From an uncultured archaeon (GTDB taxonomy: Archaea; Asgardarchaeota; Lokiarchaeia; Sigyniarchaeales; SOKP01), in NCBI GenBank assembly GCA_964632315.1, contig CAZWEM010000004.1:32001-96000 (forward strand): a stretch of DNA of 64,000 nucleotides, given 5' to 3'. The notes below the pieces were generated by a model, which made no database searches, was not told the origin of the DNA, and saw only the letters and a list, made by a program, of their open reading frames with translations. Numbering within the stretch: position 1 is the stretch's first letter; each line of letters opens with the position of its first letter. Positions 38,661 through 49,153 of the stretch are shown in pieces. A program made the position numbers and the translations under genes.

Positions 38661-40577
38661 ATGTATTCCCAAAAACCTTCAAGTAGGCAAATTCCCGGAA
38701 TAATCTCTTACATGGATTTATTTTCAACCCAAAAATTGGCTTATTCTATCTTCTTTACTACTCCGGGATTAATTGCTTTACTATCAATGATGCTAAATGC
38801 AATCTTTACTGGGATATGGAATTTTATTTACCTTTTTGTAACATTTTCTTCATTTTTAACCATAACTGGATTGGGAGCAATATTAGCTATTTATTATTAC
38901 TCAAAAAAGGCTCCTATTTTAGGTAGACCTCCAAAAGGTTGGGCTTTACAGATGAATGCATTTATCACGGGAATAATGGGGATATCGCTCTTAATTGGAC
39001 AAATTTTAACTATAGTTCTTCGATTAACCACGTTCCAGGATGCCTTGTTCATGTTAGGGACTGTAATTGCCTATATTATAGCATACGTAATATATTTTTC
39101 TTTTACTACCGTTGGTACTTACGGGACATTGATACTTTCACTAATCCAACCAATCACAGGAATCTTTCTCTATGGCTTTCTTACAGCTCAAATTTCAATC
39201 TTATTCTTTATAAGAGCTGTCATTTTTTTCTGCTCATGCGCGTTTATATTCGCAATACCCTATGCTCGGAGTATGGCAAGAGTAAGTAATATCTACCGAG
39301 AACTCACAGGTATCGGAGGATACCCATTTATAAGAGCTTTTGTCCTTTCAATGATGACCGATGGTAATGATGATCTTGTTGAGGAATTTTTTGATAAAAT
39401 AGGAATTGAGTCTGAAGTAAAAATCCAATATATTTTTATTAGATCTAAAAAGAATAATAAACTAAAAAGCATGTTTATTGTCCCAAATGTTCATTTTGGA
39501 CCGTTTAAGACATGTGGATCATCAGATCTACCAGCTCACATCTATCATAATTTTTTAGATATACCTGGAACAACAGTTTATCACACTACAAATGATCACT
39601 CCCAAAATCTAACCACTCAACGAGAGGTAAATAAAATTATTACTCAAATACAAGAGGATGTTAAAGATATAGAAAACAATCCTAATGTTATTTGGATAGC
39701 AGAAATTAACACTTTGATTCGTAAAATGTCAAATTCAGCTAAAGTAATTGGTACTAAAATAGGGGATATACCAATAATCTATTTAACACGACATCCCCTT
39801 CCATCAGATGATATACAATATGAGATTGGAGAGACAATAAGACAAGATGCCAAATCAAAGGGCTTTAGTGATGTGATTATAATAGATTCTCATAATTCGA
39901 TAATAGATGACGAGCACTTAATCAGAATGGGATCATTGGAGTCGAAGGATCTAATCAAAGTAGCAAGTAACTTTTTTAAAGCATTAAATAACGAAGAAGA
40001 AGTCAGCCAAAATCCAGTTCTATATGGTGTAGCAAAAGATCCTTTGGTGGAATTTTCAGAAAAGGATGGAATTGGCCCAGGAGGCTTGGTTGTTCATCTT
40101 TTTAAAAATGCTATCACTGGTCAGAAGACAGCAATGATTCATTTTGATGCAAATAATGCTTTTGTCGATATCAGATCTTATATCTTAAATACTCTGCAAA
40201 ATAGGGGAATTGAAAGGGGGGAAATAACCACTAGTGATGCTCATATAGTTGCCAGAAAATTTACTAAGCGAGGTTATTCTCCGATTGGAGAGAAAATAAA
40301 ATTAGACTACATTTTGAATAAACTTGATATATTATTAGCCGAAGCTGAAAGAAACTTAGAACCCGTAGATTTCACATATCGTGATTCGATAGTCAAAAAT
40401 GTTAGGATTTGGGGAGATCCTAAATATTTTGATGTTATAATGCGAACTTTGCAGGAATGCATTCGAATATCTCAACGTTTGCTGACGTTTGGTTTAATCG
40501 CACCAACTTTGATATCCTTAATTATTTTGATTTTCTTTTATAATGTTGAACTCCCGGATATTTTCAACCTCTTTTAA
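38661..40577 (+). CDS. DUF2070-family archaeal membrane protein
   Basis: N-terminal TMs, then PNVHFGPF..GSSDLP, H..DHSQN, DSHN, DANN, TSDAH, and a C-terminal TM. Confidence 0.85.
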   Translation: MYSQKPSSRQIPGIISYMDLFSTQKLAYSIFFTTPGLIALLSMMLNAIFTGIWNFIYLFVTFSSFLTITGLGAILAIYYYSKKAPILGRPPKGWALQMNAFITGIMGISLLIGQILTIVLRLTTFQDALFMLGTVIAYIIAYVIYFSFTTVGTYGTLILSLIQPITGIFLYGFLTAQISILFFIRAVIFFCSCAFIFAIPYARSMARVSNIYRELTGIGGYPFIRAFVLSMMTDGNDDLVEEFFDKIGIESEVKIQYIFIRSKKNNKLKSMFIVPNVHFGPFKTCGSSDLPAHIYHNFLDIPGTTVYHTTNDHSQNLTTQREVNKIITQIQEDVKDIENNPNVIWIAEINTLIRKMSNSAKVIGTKIGDIPIIYLTRHPLPSDDIQYEIGETIRQDAKSKGFSDVIIIDSHNSIIDDEHLIRMGSLESKDLIKVASNFFKALNNEEEVSQNPVLYGVAKDPLVEFSEKDGIGPGGLVVHLFKNAITGQKTAMIHFDANNAFVDIRSYILNTLQNRGIERGEITTSDAHIVARKFTKRGYSPIGEKIKLDYILNKLDILLAEAERNLEPVDFTYRDSIVKNVRIWGDPKYFDVIMRTLQECIRISQRLLTFGLIAPTLISLIILIFFYNVELPDIFNLF

Positions 40578-40678
40578 TCTCAATAAATATGATCTACATA
40601 ATACGACGATATTATGGAGATTCATATAATAATCTGAACCTATTTTTTATATAAATTCTTTTCAAAACGGTCAAATAC

Positions 40679-41212
40679 ATGCTTAGATCGGAATTAGACA
40701 GACTCTGTAAAGTTAGCTTGATCGGCCAACCTGCCGTAGGAAAAACAACCATGTTGAAACTTCTTTCACAAAATGTAATTGATCGAATTTACCTTCCAAC
40801 ACATGGTTTGGATTTAAAAACTGTTAAGTTTGACAAATACATACTGAAGATATGGGACTTTGGTGGTCAAGGGGCATATTTCAAGTGTTCTCGTGATCAT
40901 CTATTGGGTTCTGACTTGCTTTTTGTAGTAACTGATTCATCACCCAGAAATGTATTAAATTCGAGGGAATTGATTAATTACGCAACACATTTCATAGGTA
41001 AAGATTGCCCCATAGTTGCAATTGCTAATAAGCAAGATTTGGTTAAGAAAGATGGGCGGATGACTCCTGATAGGGTTGAAGATTTATTACAAGTCAAAAC
41101 TATTGGACTTACTGCTATTGATCCAGAAGAGAGAATGAGGTTAGTCGAGATAATTAGAAAAGAATTGAACCATATAGCAATTAGGAGGAGACTTAAAGAA
41201 GTTGAACTTTAA
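40679..41212 (+). CDS. Small GTPase, Arf-like (Asgard type)
   Basis: G1 GQPAVGKTT, G2 YLPTHG, G3 IWDFGGQ, G4 ANKQD, G5-like TAID. Confidence 0.92.
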   Translation: MLRSELDRLCKVSLIGQPAVGKTTMLKLLSQNVIDRIYLPTHGLDLKTVKFDKYILKIWDFGGQGAYFKCSRDHLLGSDLLFVVTDSSPRNVLNSRELINYATHFIGKDCPIVAIANKQDLVKKDGRMTPDRVEDLLQVKTIGLTAIDPEERMRLVEIIRKELNHIAIRRRLKEVEL

Positions 41213-41756
41213 TGAAAATGAAATCTTGAGTGCTGCACTCATAGGCTTCGATATGATAGATGGCCCATTCTTAAAATGGAAAAAACCTTTTACTCAAGCT
41301 CAAGATATAATTGATTTAAATGACTTTGCAATGAATTTTTATTTAGCATTTAGAGGAGGAAATGCTGGTAAAAAGCCACGTGCGATTCTATATGACGATT
41401 TCTATATTGTTGCATTTCCTAAGGATTTAGAGTTATGTTGCTTGTTCATGAAACCACAGGGGATAGAAAACAATATCAAGCAATTAAATAAAATAGCATA
41501 TCGTATTATTGATGAAATGGAAGTGGATGATGCTAAAGAAATTGATGATAGTAATTCTTCAGATGAGGAATTTGAAGAAATAGAACGTTTGATTTTAAAT
41601 TTACTTAATGAAACTGAAATGTCCACCCCAGAATTAAGAAGATATTTCAAATTGAGCAATGCTGAAATTTGGAAGTTAATGTCTAATCTCGAAAATAATG
41701 AAAAAGTCAAAAGAACCGATAAGAAAGGACGAGCAGTTTATTGGACTGCAAATTAA
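41202..41756 (+). CDS. Longin/uDENN-like N-terminal domain + acidic linker + C-terminal winged helix
   Basis: N-terminal AALIGFDMIDGPFL (FD..GP hairpin); acidic linker DDAKEIDDSNSSDEEFEE; wHTH ILNLL..EMSTPELRRYF...IWKLMSNLE..EKVKR...GRAVYW. Confidence 0.65.
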   Translation: MNFNENEILSAALIGFDMIDGPFLKWKKPFTQAQDIIDLNDFAMNFYLAFRGGNAGKKPRAILYDDFYIVAFPKDLELCCLFMKPQGIENNIKQLNKIAYRIIDEMEVDDAKEIDDSNSSDEEFEEIERLILNLLNETEMSTPELRRYFKLSNAEIWKLMSNLENNEKVKRTDKKGRAVYWTAN

Positions 41757-41774
41757 ATAATTTAATCCTATTTT

Positions 41775-42584
41775 TTAACGTCTTCTATGGTCCCAATCCT
41801 TTTCTTTTGTGAACAATCTTGAAAACATGATATAACAAATATCTGGAAGGCTTTTATCTTCATTATGAATCGTGATAAACCTTAGAACGTGATTTATCAA
41901 GAAAATGGCTATAAATTCGGCGTGATAGCTGCTCATTTTATTTAAATTCTTTCCTGAAAAATCAATATCGAGCCCACTTTCTTTATTCCATATAATTTCA
42001 ACAAAGAATTCGGGGAAGAATTCTCTTTTAATCCTCCACCCTTCAGTAGTGATCCAAACTTTACCTCCGATAAAATTCGATAATTCATCTTTATCATCTT
42101 CCTTGAGAAATTTAAAAGGTTCATCCCTTTGTACTAAGACTTTTTCCATTAATTCTGTTTTTTTGTTATACTCTTTCTCAAAAGGTTCTTCTCCTTTAAT
42201 CAACCTTTCGATAAGATCAAAGATAATTCCAATAAATGTAGCGCTGTCTTCTCCCGGAACCCAAGTAGCATGTTTACCTGAAAAGTAAAATTTAAATTCC
42301 GCTTCCACCCCATCGCCAAATTCATCTCCAAAGTAAGAATATGCCATATGTATGTTGACATCAGGAAACATTTCGATAGTGATCGTCCAATCTTCATTAA
42401 ATCCAATAGTTCCTAACTTGCCTCCTAAATATGACTTCACTAACTGCTTCAATTCTCCCATATCTATCTTAGTAAATAGTGAAAATTTCGCATTACTGGT
42501 ATCCTCAAGCTCTTTTTCATGAGGTCCTCTCACGCCAGTAGCATCAATTTGGCCAATAGTCCAATAATTTATTCCTTCTTTCAT
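41775..42584 (-). CDS. Uncharacterised protein with two tandem DUF3786-like domains
   Basis: Repeats WTITIEMFPDVNIHM...FYFSG and WRIKREFFPEFFVEI...IDFSG. Confidence 0.55.
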   Translation of the reverse strand: MKEGINYWTIGQIDATGVRGPHEKELEDTSNAKFSLFTKIDMGELKQLVKSYLGGKLGTIGFNEDWTITIEMFPDVNIHMAYSYFGDEFGDGVEAEFKFYFSGKHATWVPGEDSATFIGIIFDLIERLIKGEEPFEKEYNKKTELMEKVLVQRDEPFKFLKEDDKDELSNFIGGKVWITTEGWRIKREFFPEFFVEIIWNKESGLDIDFSGKNLNKMSSYHAEFIAIFLINHVLRFITIHNEDKSLPDICYIMFSRLFTKEKDWDHRRR

Positions 42585-42615
42585 TTATAATCATCTAGAT
42601 AGTCAAGATTTAATT

Positions 42616-43947
42616 TTAATTTGTATAATCATCCTTTTTTTTGAATTTACCTATAAAAAATCCTTTAGTATTGTGAACTGAAGGAAAAAGTCGTCCAGTT
42701 CCTTCAATAAACTTATCATTAATCTTATAACTATTCGATATCCATTCTGGAAGAGACAATGGATCTAATTTATCAAAGAATTTGAGAATTTGCAATTCCC
42801 CTTCTTCTGCATATAAACTACAAGTCGAATATACTAAAATACCATTTGGTTTTAAAAATTGTATTCCAGAATTTAGTAATTTAGTCTGAAGAACAAGATT
42901 TTGCTTTAAAAAGTTAGAATTTTGACGCCATTTCAATTCGGGGTTACTAAGTAAGGTTCCACTTCCAGTACAAGGAGCATCGATCAAGATACGATCAAAC
43001 TTTACATGCGGTCTTATTGGTGGTATAATGTTGTCAGAATTCAAGATAAAAACGGAAAGGGCATGATTTTTTTGGAGGAAGGTGTTCATTTGGGCAGTTC
43101 TTTTGTGAGAAAAATCACTTGCGATTATTTTAGATTCATTGTTTGTAAATTGAGCTAATAATGTTGTTTTAATTCCTGGTGCAGCACAATAATCGTTAAG
43201 TATTTCGCCTTTTTCTGATCCTAATACGCTCGCTACGGTAATAGACGCCTTATCAGCTAATATTATTTTACTAGATTTATACCAATGACTACTAATTATT
43301 TTATTCTTGTTTTCTAATAATGTATTAAATATGAATGAAAAATGTTTGTCAGGAAACACTTTAATCTTATTATCCTTCAACTTATCTAATATTTTATTTT
43401 GTTCTTCATTATTTTTTATACGTAAAGTGTTGAAGAAGAAAGAAAATAAATCTTTTTTAGGATCATATCTATTCATATGCATCAAATTTGCTTCTAACAG
43501 TGCTTCCCTCATAAATGGCTTTAAAAGATTAATCAAAAAAGTAGGGTAAGCGCAATTTAAACTGAATTTTTCAATTCTTGGTCTCCTTGCAAGAGATTTT
43601 TTATAAGAAAAACGTTTAAGTTTCGAAACAAATCTTAAATCTCGAGAGTTAATCTTAATTTCATCAGAGATATCATCGATTGAAGCCTTTTCTTCGTGAT
43701 AACGAAAAATAATGTATAAATATTTAGCAGTAGTAAGTGAATTGATTACTGAAAAGCTCTTATCATAATTGGTTAATTTTTTAAGTATAAAATTTAACCG
43801 ATTCCAGTATCGTATAATTTCTATATAATAATGGATTACAAATGAGTCTGTTCTGTCGATATCCTCCTTAATTCCCGATTTTCCCTCTACGAATTGGGAT
43901 AATAGATTGATTAAATTACCAACTTGAAATCCTATTCTATTGTTCAT
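42616..43947 (-). CDS. RsmB/NOP2/NSUN-family RNA m5C methyltransferase
   Basis: DYCAAPGIKT, ILIDAPCTGSG, VYSTCS, GFFI. Confidence 0.92.
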   Translation of the reverse strand: MNNRIGFQVGNLINLLSQFVEGKSGIKEDIDRTDSFVIHYYIEIIRYWNRLNFILKKLTNYDKSFSVINSLTTAKYLYIIFRYHEEKASIDDISDEIKINSRDLRFVSKLKRFSYKKSLARRPRIEKFSLNCAYPTFLINLLKPFMREALLEANLMHMNRYDPKKDLFSFFFNTLRIKNNEEQNKILDKLKDNKIKVFPDKHFSFIFNTLLENKNKIISSHWYKSSKIILADKASITVASVLGSEKGEILNDYCAAPGIKTTLLAQFTNNESKIIASDFSHKRTAQMNTFLQKNHALSVFILNSDNIIPPIRPHVKFDRILIDAPCTGSGTLLSNPELKWRQNSNFLKQNLVLQTKLLNSGIQFLKPNGILVYSTCSLYAEEGELQILKFFDKLDPLSLPEWISNSYKINDKFIEGTGRLFPSVHNTKGFFIGKFKKKDDYTN

Positions 43948-44093
43948 TTATTCACTTTCTTGAAAATCCGATATTAATTAAATGATAATTAATCAAAAGA
44001 AATTAGACTTATGATAAATCGCTATAATTTTAAGAGGAAATTAAGAGGATTTTTAAAAAATTAGTAATTTGGACATTTTAAATTCCATTCAAA

Positions 44094-44621
44094 TCACATT
44101 TCTAACCTTACTTTTATTATGGTGAATAAAAGAATTCCTAAAGATGCTAAAATTACTTCAGAAATAAACACTTGTATAAAAGTTATCCAAATCGGTGCAG
44201 ATGCCATAAAATATATAAGTATTGCCACATAGAGCGAGATAATGATTGCGTATAACACGCCACCGAGATACTTTAAAACTATTTTGTTTCGAAATATAAT
44301 TATGCAATATAACGCGGGCACATTTACTATTGTGCTTAAGAGGTCAAAAGGTACAAACGGGGAAGATAAATTTACAAAGAACACTCCAATCACCTTTCCA
44401 AGCATACCTTCCATCGGAAAAAGGAGACACATGCCTACAATTAATTCAGCTACTCGAAATTGTATTCCGTAAAAATTGATTGGCTGAAACACATAACCTA
44501 ACGCCACATAAAGTGCTGCTGTTATCGCTGTAAGGGCTACTTTTAAGCTTAAACTTCTATTCTCTATAAATGTTCCTCGGGGCACCTGACTTTCTTCATT
44601 TTTTTCGTCATTCAAATTCAA
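44094..44621 (-). CDS. queT: QueT-family ECF S component (preQ0/preQ1 transporter)
   Basis: AITAALYVAL...YGIQFRVAE...G.FFVNL.SPF...D, VFISE. Confidence 0.8.
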   Translation of the reverse strand: MNLNDEKNEESQVPRGTFIENRSLSLKVALTAITAALYVALGYVFQPINFYGIQFRVAELIVGMCLLFPMEGMLGKVIGVFFVNLSSPFVPFDLLSTIVNVPALYCIIIFRNKIVLKYLGGVLYAIIISLYVAILIYFMASAPIWITFIQVFISEVILASLGILLFTIIKVRLEM

Positions 44622-44767
44622 TTACTTCCGTTAATTAATAAATTATGTTATACAGGACAAGTAATAATAATTTGTCTTATTTCCAGCTTAACAAAGTTTT
44701 CCCTTCTTTTTAACCAAAGAAAAAAAAAGAATTAAAATAAAAATAAACAAAAAAAAAGAATTAAATC

Positions 44768-45598
44768 CTATTTTCTTTTTTTCATGATGTATATTATTCC
44801 TATCGTTGTCGCTCCTAATAAAATGGGAATTTCAAAACCAGGAATGGCTGGAAGTGTGGGCAATTCTATGGAGAATTCATAAATTGTAGTATCGTTAGCT
44901 ACTACCTTATATCCAATCCAAGCTCCATATGTCGTATCCCATGTCCATGTTTCTGTGCAATTATGATAATACGCAAATAACTCAAGGGTAGGTAAAACTC
45001 CAATGTCACCTTGTTCGGCACTATGAACTACAGTATTATCTACATTTTGCCATTTTGGTGCCCAGACAATTTCAGCAAGATAATTTGCAACAGGAGTAGG
45101 TAATTGGGCAAAATAGGCCGCAGCATTCTGAATCGTAACGTTACTTGTTCCAAAAGTGAGAAAATTTACGATTTGTGTAATATTATTAGGATCGTATAAC
45201 GCATAGACCATATCGCCTTCAGAATCGGGTGTTTCACTGAATGAACCAGTAGTCCATAACCAATTACTCGTATTATATGATGCTGCATCATATATTCCCA
45301 AAAAATAAGCAGTTAAATCGAGGCTATAGCTAAGATTTACACTATTCACTATTGATTTCCTTTTTGCTCCTACTTCAAGAGCTCCCACTCCAAAGGATGT
45401 TTCTAATACGTCTGTGTAATTTTCTCCAAAAACAATCTCTAAACTACCATCATTAGCTGTTCTTACAACCAAAACTTTTTCATTACCTGGCGCTCCATGA
45501 AATGTATATGTTCCTACTTGAGGTGTAGCTGCTGGTGTTAAAGATAACGCAATTGTCAAGAGTACGAATAAGGAGAGAATACTTTTAGTATATTTCAT
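44768..45598 (-). CDS. Secreted surface protein with a PGF/Loki-CTERM-type sorting tail
   Basis: N-terminal signal peptide; several N-x-S/T sequons; C-terminal IPGFEIPILLGATTIGIIYIMKKRK. Confidence 0.8.
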   Translation of the reverse strand: MKYTKSILSLFVLLTIALSLTPAATPQVGTYTFHGAPGNEKVLVVRTANDGSLEIVFGENYTDVLETSFGVGALEVGAKRKSIVNSVNLSYSLDLTAYFLGIYDAASYNTSNWLWTTGSFSETPDSEGDMVYALYDPNNITQIVNFLTFGTSNVTIQNAAAYFAQLPTPVANYLAEIVWAPKWQNVDNTVVHSAEQGDIGVLPTLELFAYYHNCTETWTWDTTYGAWIGYKVVANDTTIYEFSIELPTLPAIPGFEIPILLGATTIGIIYIMKKRK

Positions 45599-45770
45599 CT
45601 TAAATCCTCTTTTTGTTTTGTTATGAATGATTTCTGAATTAATTATTATTTAGCAAATTTCTTTATAAAGATTTCTAAATTATCGTAGCATTATGTATTA
45701 AAGGTTATAAAGGAAAAAAAAGATATTATCATATTGTTTTAATTAAAAAATTCATCTTTTTAAAATTATC

Positions 45771-46547
45771 ATGGAATATTTTTCTATAAAAAAAGATATC
45801 GACATTGCATATGAAATAAGTGGTAATAATGCTGGACCAAAAATGATTTTAATCCATGGACTTTTCTTGAACGCTGATTGCTGGAAGTTTCAATTGGAGG
45901 AATTTGAAAAAGATTTCAATATTCTACGTTTTGATTTGAGAGGTCATGGAAGAACAACCAAACCAAAAAAGAGATTTACGATTAGAAATTATGTAGATGA
46001 TATGAAAGAATTGATTGATCATTTGGGGTGGACAGAAGAGTTATACATCGTTGGTCATTCATTAGGTGGTATGATAGCATTAGTTTATACCCTTGAAAAC
46101 CCATCTCAAGTAAAAAAGTTAGTAGTTGCTGATAGTTTTTGTTTTATCAGCCAAGAGGCCATAACAGATGTTCTGGGAAGGGTAAACAATAACAAGATAG
46201 AAAATTTTGCAATTGGAATTAGCGTGAGGGGCCTCATTCCCTATGACGAAGAAGTAGCTCAATTTGTAGCTAAATTAGTGACTGATCACATGACAAAAAA
46301 GGATTGCTTGACTGCTACTGCAGCCTCAGCTGGTTTTAATATATGTGAAAATCTAAAAAATTTACAGCAACCAACTCTAATTTTAGTTGGTAAAAAAGAC
46401 ATCACTACTCCAGTTTGGGCTAGCGAGATGATACATGAATGGTTACCTAATTCTGAATTAATAATTATTCCCGAAGCAGGTCATTTAACCATATTAGACC
46501 ATCCTAAAGAATTTAATGAACTGGTACTAAATTTTTGGAAAAAATAA
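45771..46547 (+). CDS. Alpha/beta hydrolase (3-oxoadipate enol-lactonase-like)
   Basis: LIHG, DLRGHG, nucleophile GHSLGG, GKKD, AGH. Confidence 0.9.
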   Translation: MEYFSIKKDIDIAYEISGNNAGPKMILIHGLFLNADCWKFQLEEFEKDFNILRFDLRGHGRTTKPKKRFTIRNYVDDMKELIDHLGWTEELYIVGHSLGGMIALVYTLENPSQVKKLVVADSFCFISQEAITDVLGRVNNNKIENFAIGISVRGLIPYDEEVAQFVAKLVTDHMTKKDCLTATAASAGFNICENLKNLQQPTLILVGKKDITTPVWASEMIHEWLPNSELIIIPEAGHLTILDHPKEFNELVLNFWKK

Positions 46548-46559
46548 ATTAAAAAAAAA

Positions 46560-47582
46560 TTAAGATCCCCATTTAATTACTCCTGCATTCCAAGCCCATC
46601 CAATTCCAGCTGCGGTAAGTACTACAATATTTCCATTCTTGATTTTCCCAGATTTTATTCCATAATCTAATGAGATTATTCCATCATTTTGACCATTATG
46701 TCCTATCTCTTCTAAGTAAGTTGCTTGTTTGTATGGGTCTACCCCTACAGCCTTTGCAACATATTCATAAGCGCTTCTTTTCATGTGAAGCAATCCCAAA
46801 TAATCTATGTCCTTTTGAGTGTATCCTGATCTCGCTAATGCATCGTTAATGACTTTCACAAAAGAATCCATCGAATATGCATCTAATCTTTCTTTTAAAC
46901 CTTCAGGGTCGGGAACATCCAGATAAATTCTTTCCTTATCAATTGCTTCATGAGATATTGGTTCAACGGTTCCACCTGCGGGAACATAGACATCGTCAGC
47001 AAAACGACCGTCAGAAATAACTGATATTCCTAAAATTTCATTAACTTTACTATCAGCTTTAATAATTCCTGCTACTCCACTAGCAGCTAAACTCGTCATG
47101 AACCTAGATCTTTCATTTTTATAGTTAATTAGATCTGTATTTCGATAACCACTTGCCACTAAAATACGGTTGACTTCAGGTCGAATTTGAATTAAAGCTT
47201 TTGCGAGTAGCATTCCTACTAAAAACGTTCCGCAACGCTGGTTTATATCAAAAGCCCATGCAGAAAGAGGATTTCCTAAAAGTTTTTGTAATTTAATGCC
47301 ATATGTCATCATAGGCCTCTCTGCATATACTTCACCCGCCCAGATGATTATATCAATATCCTCTGGCTTTAAGTTTGCTCTTTCAAGTGCTTCAAAACTA
47401 GCATTTGCACCCATAGCAACCGTGTGATCTTTTGGTCCCGGAACTGATTTACTCATTAATCCGAATTTTTCTTCAATAATATTTTTTGGTATCCCCGTTT
47501 CTTGCGCTATATATTCACTTGTATGCCTTTTTTGAGGAATATATACCCCCCAAGATTCCAATCCTACGTGACGATATTCCAT
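46560..47582 (-). CDS. FabH-like 3-oxoacyl synthase III family protein
   Basis: DINQRCG catalytic Cys, LLHMKRS His, IGHNGQND, AAGIGWAW. Confidence 0.85.
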   Translation of the reverse strand: MEYRHVGLESWGVYIPQKRHTSEYIAQETGIPKNIIEEKFGLMSKSVPGPKDHTVAMGANASFEALERANLKPEDIDIIIWAGEVYAERPMMTYGIKLQKLLGNPLSAWAFDINQRCGTFLVGMLLAKALIQIRPEVNRILVASGYRNTDLINYKNERSRFMTSLAASGVAGIIKADSKVNEILGISVISDGRFADDVYVPAGGTVEPISHEAIDKERIYLDVPDPEGLKERLDAYSMDSFVKVINDALARSGYTQKDIDYLGLLHMKRSAYEYVAKAVGVDPYKQATYLEEIGHNGQNDGIISLDYGIKSGKIKNGNIVVLTAAGIGWAWNAGVIKWGS

Positions 47583-47590
47583 ATTAATTT

Positions 47591-49144
47591 TTACTCCAAT
47601 TCTCTTTTTAAAATTTTACCTGTTGCACTTGTGGGTAATGAATCTCTTATTTCATAATATTTTGGCACTTTATATTTTCCCAATCTCTCGGTCAAGTATT
47701 CGCGTATTTCTTCAACCTTTAATTCTTTTCCTGGTTTTAATGTAAGAAAAGCTTTTCCAACTTCCCCCCATTTCTCATCAGGAACACCAATAACAGCTGC
47801 TAAATCGATTGCTGGATGTTTGAATAGAATTTCTTCGATTTCGACGGGATAGACATTCTCTCCACCACTAATATACATTTCCTTTCGCCGACCAACTATA
47901 TAATAAAATCCATCTTCATCTTGCATAACCAAATCACCCGTATGGACCCAGCCATCTGGTTCAATAGTTTTTTTAGTTTCTTCTGGTTCATCCCAATACC
48001 CACTAAAAATATGAGGTCCTCTTAATAATAATTCCCCTACCTCTCCTTGATTAACAATTTTATTCGTTTCTGTATTGATTATTCTGGTATCACAATGAAA
48101 TACAGGTAAACCTACTGAGGTAGGTTTTTCTTTAATATATTCTTCAGGAAGATAAAAATTATTTGGACCGACTTCTGTTAGACCATAACCCATCTTAAAA
48201 AAGTTCCCTTTTTCCCAATAAGGTTCCATTATCGCTACTGGACATGGAGCACCACCTGAAATAAAGACTCGCACTGAATTGAAATTCGACTTACCAAATT
48301 GCGGGAGATTCGTCATCATGTGAAACATAGTAGGAACTCCAATCACTATGGTGCATTTCTCTTCCTCAATTATTTTCAACGTCTCCTTAGGGTCAAAATC
48401 ACCCATCAAAATCGTCTTAGCACCTAAATGGTAAAAAGGAACTAGCAAGACATTCCAGCCACCAGTATGAAATAAAGGAAACATTAAGGGTTGCACATCA
48501 TCAGATCTTAAACCCCACGAAACAATAGTGTTTATTGAATTCCAGAAGAGTAATCTATGAGGAAGTACAGCACCTTTTGGAAGCCCCGTAGTTCCTCCAG
48601 TAAAAAGAATTAAATGTGGATCTTCAGACTTTAATTTAGGACGATCAACATTCGTAGATGACTCTTTTCTCATTAAATTCGTTGTATTCGGATCATCCGT
48701 TAAATTACTTTCCCCCATTAAGAGATTAGTTCGAATCAAATCCAAGTTTTTTATTTCTAAGACTTTTTCTAGTAATTTTTCCTCATAGAAAAATACTGAA
48801 GGGCTTGTTTTTTGTATCAAGTAATCCAATTCATTTAAAGATAATCTTATATTGAACGGAACAAGGATTGCACCAATCTTAGCAGTCGCTAAAAATAGAT
48901 CCACGCATTCAATGCGATTAGAAGAAAACATTCCAACTCTATCACCTTTAGAAATGCCTTCATTCAGTAAAACCCGAGCTAACTGATTTGCCCTGAAATT
49001 CAACTCTTCATAAGAATAACGCTTATTTGATATGTTGTCAAAAATAGCCTCCTTTTTAGGGGCTAGTAACGCTCTTCTTCCTGCCCAATCCCCAATCCAA
49101 GAAAAATCTCGATCAAAGTCTGTATCTCGTGCCTTAAACGTCAT
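47591..49144 (-). CDS. AMP-forming acyl-CoA synthetase
   Basis: FTGGTTGLPKG, PLFHTGG, GYGLTE, HTGD, GRRKEMYISGGENVYP, SATGKILK. Confidence 0.93.
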   Translation of the reverse strand: MTFKARDTDFDRDFSWIGDWAGRRALLAPKKEAIFDNISNKRYSYEELNFRANQLARVLLNEGISKGDRVGMFSSNRIECVDLFLATAKIGAILVPFNIRLSLNELDYLIQKTSPSVFFYEEKLLEKVLEIKNLDLIRTNLLMGESNLTDDPNTTNLMRKESSTNVDRPKLKSEDPHLILFTGGTTGLPKGAVLPHRLLFWNSINTIVSWGLRSDDVQPLMFPLFHTGGWNVLLVPFYHLGAKTILMGDFDPKETLKIIEEEKCTIVIGVPTMFHMMTNLPQFGKSNFNSVRVFISGGAPCPVAIMEPYWEKGNFFKMGYGLTEVGPNNFYLPEEYIKEKPTSVGLPVFHCDTRIINTETNKIVNQGEVGELLLRGPHIFSGYWDEPEETKKTIEPDGWVHTGDLVMQDEDGFYYIVGRRKEMYISGGENVYPVEIEEILFKHPAIDLAAVIGVPDEKWGEVGKAFLTLKPGKELKVEEIREYLTERLGKYKVPKYYEIRDSLPTSATGKILKRELE

Positions 49145-49153
49145 ATTAGCACC

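Noticed and set aside
44715-44767. Direct repeat AAAAAAAAAGAATTAAA x2
   Set aside because: Low complexity; reads as U-tracts just after the 44768-45598 stop, so likely ordinary termination signal rather than a CRISPR or mobile repeat.
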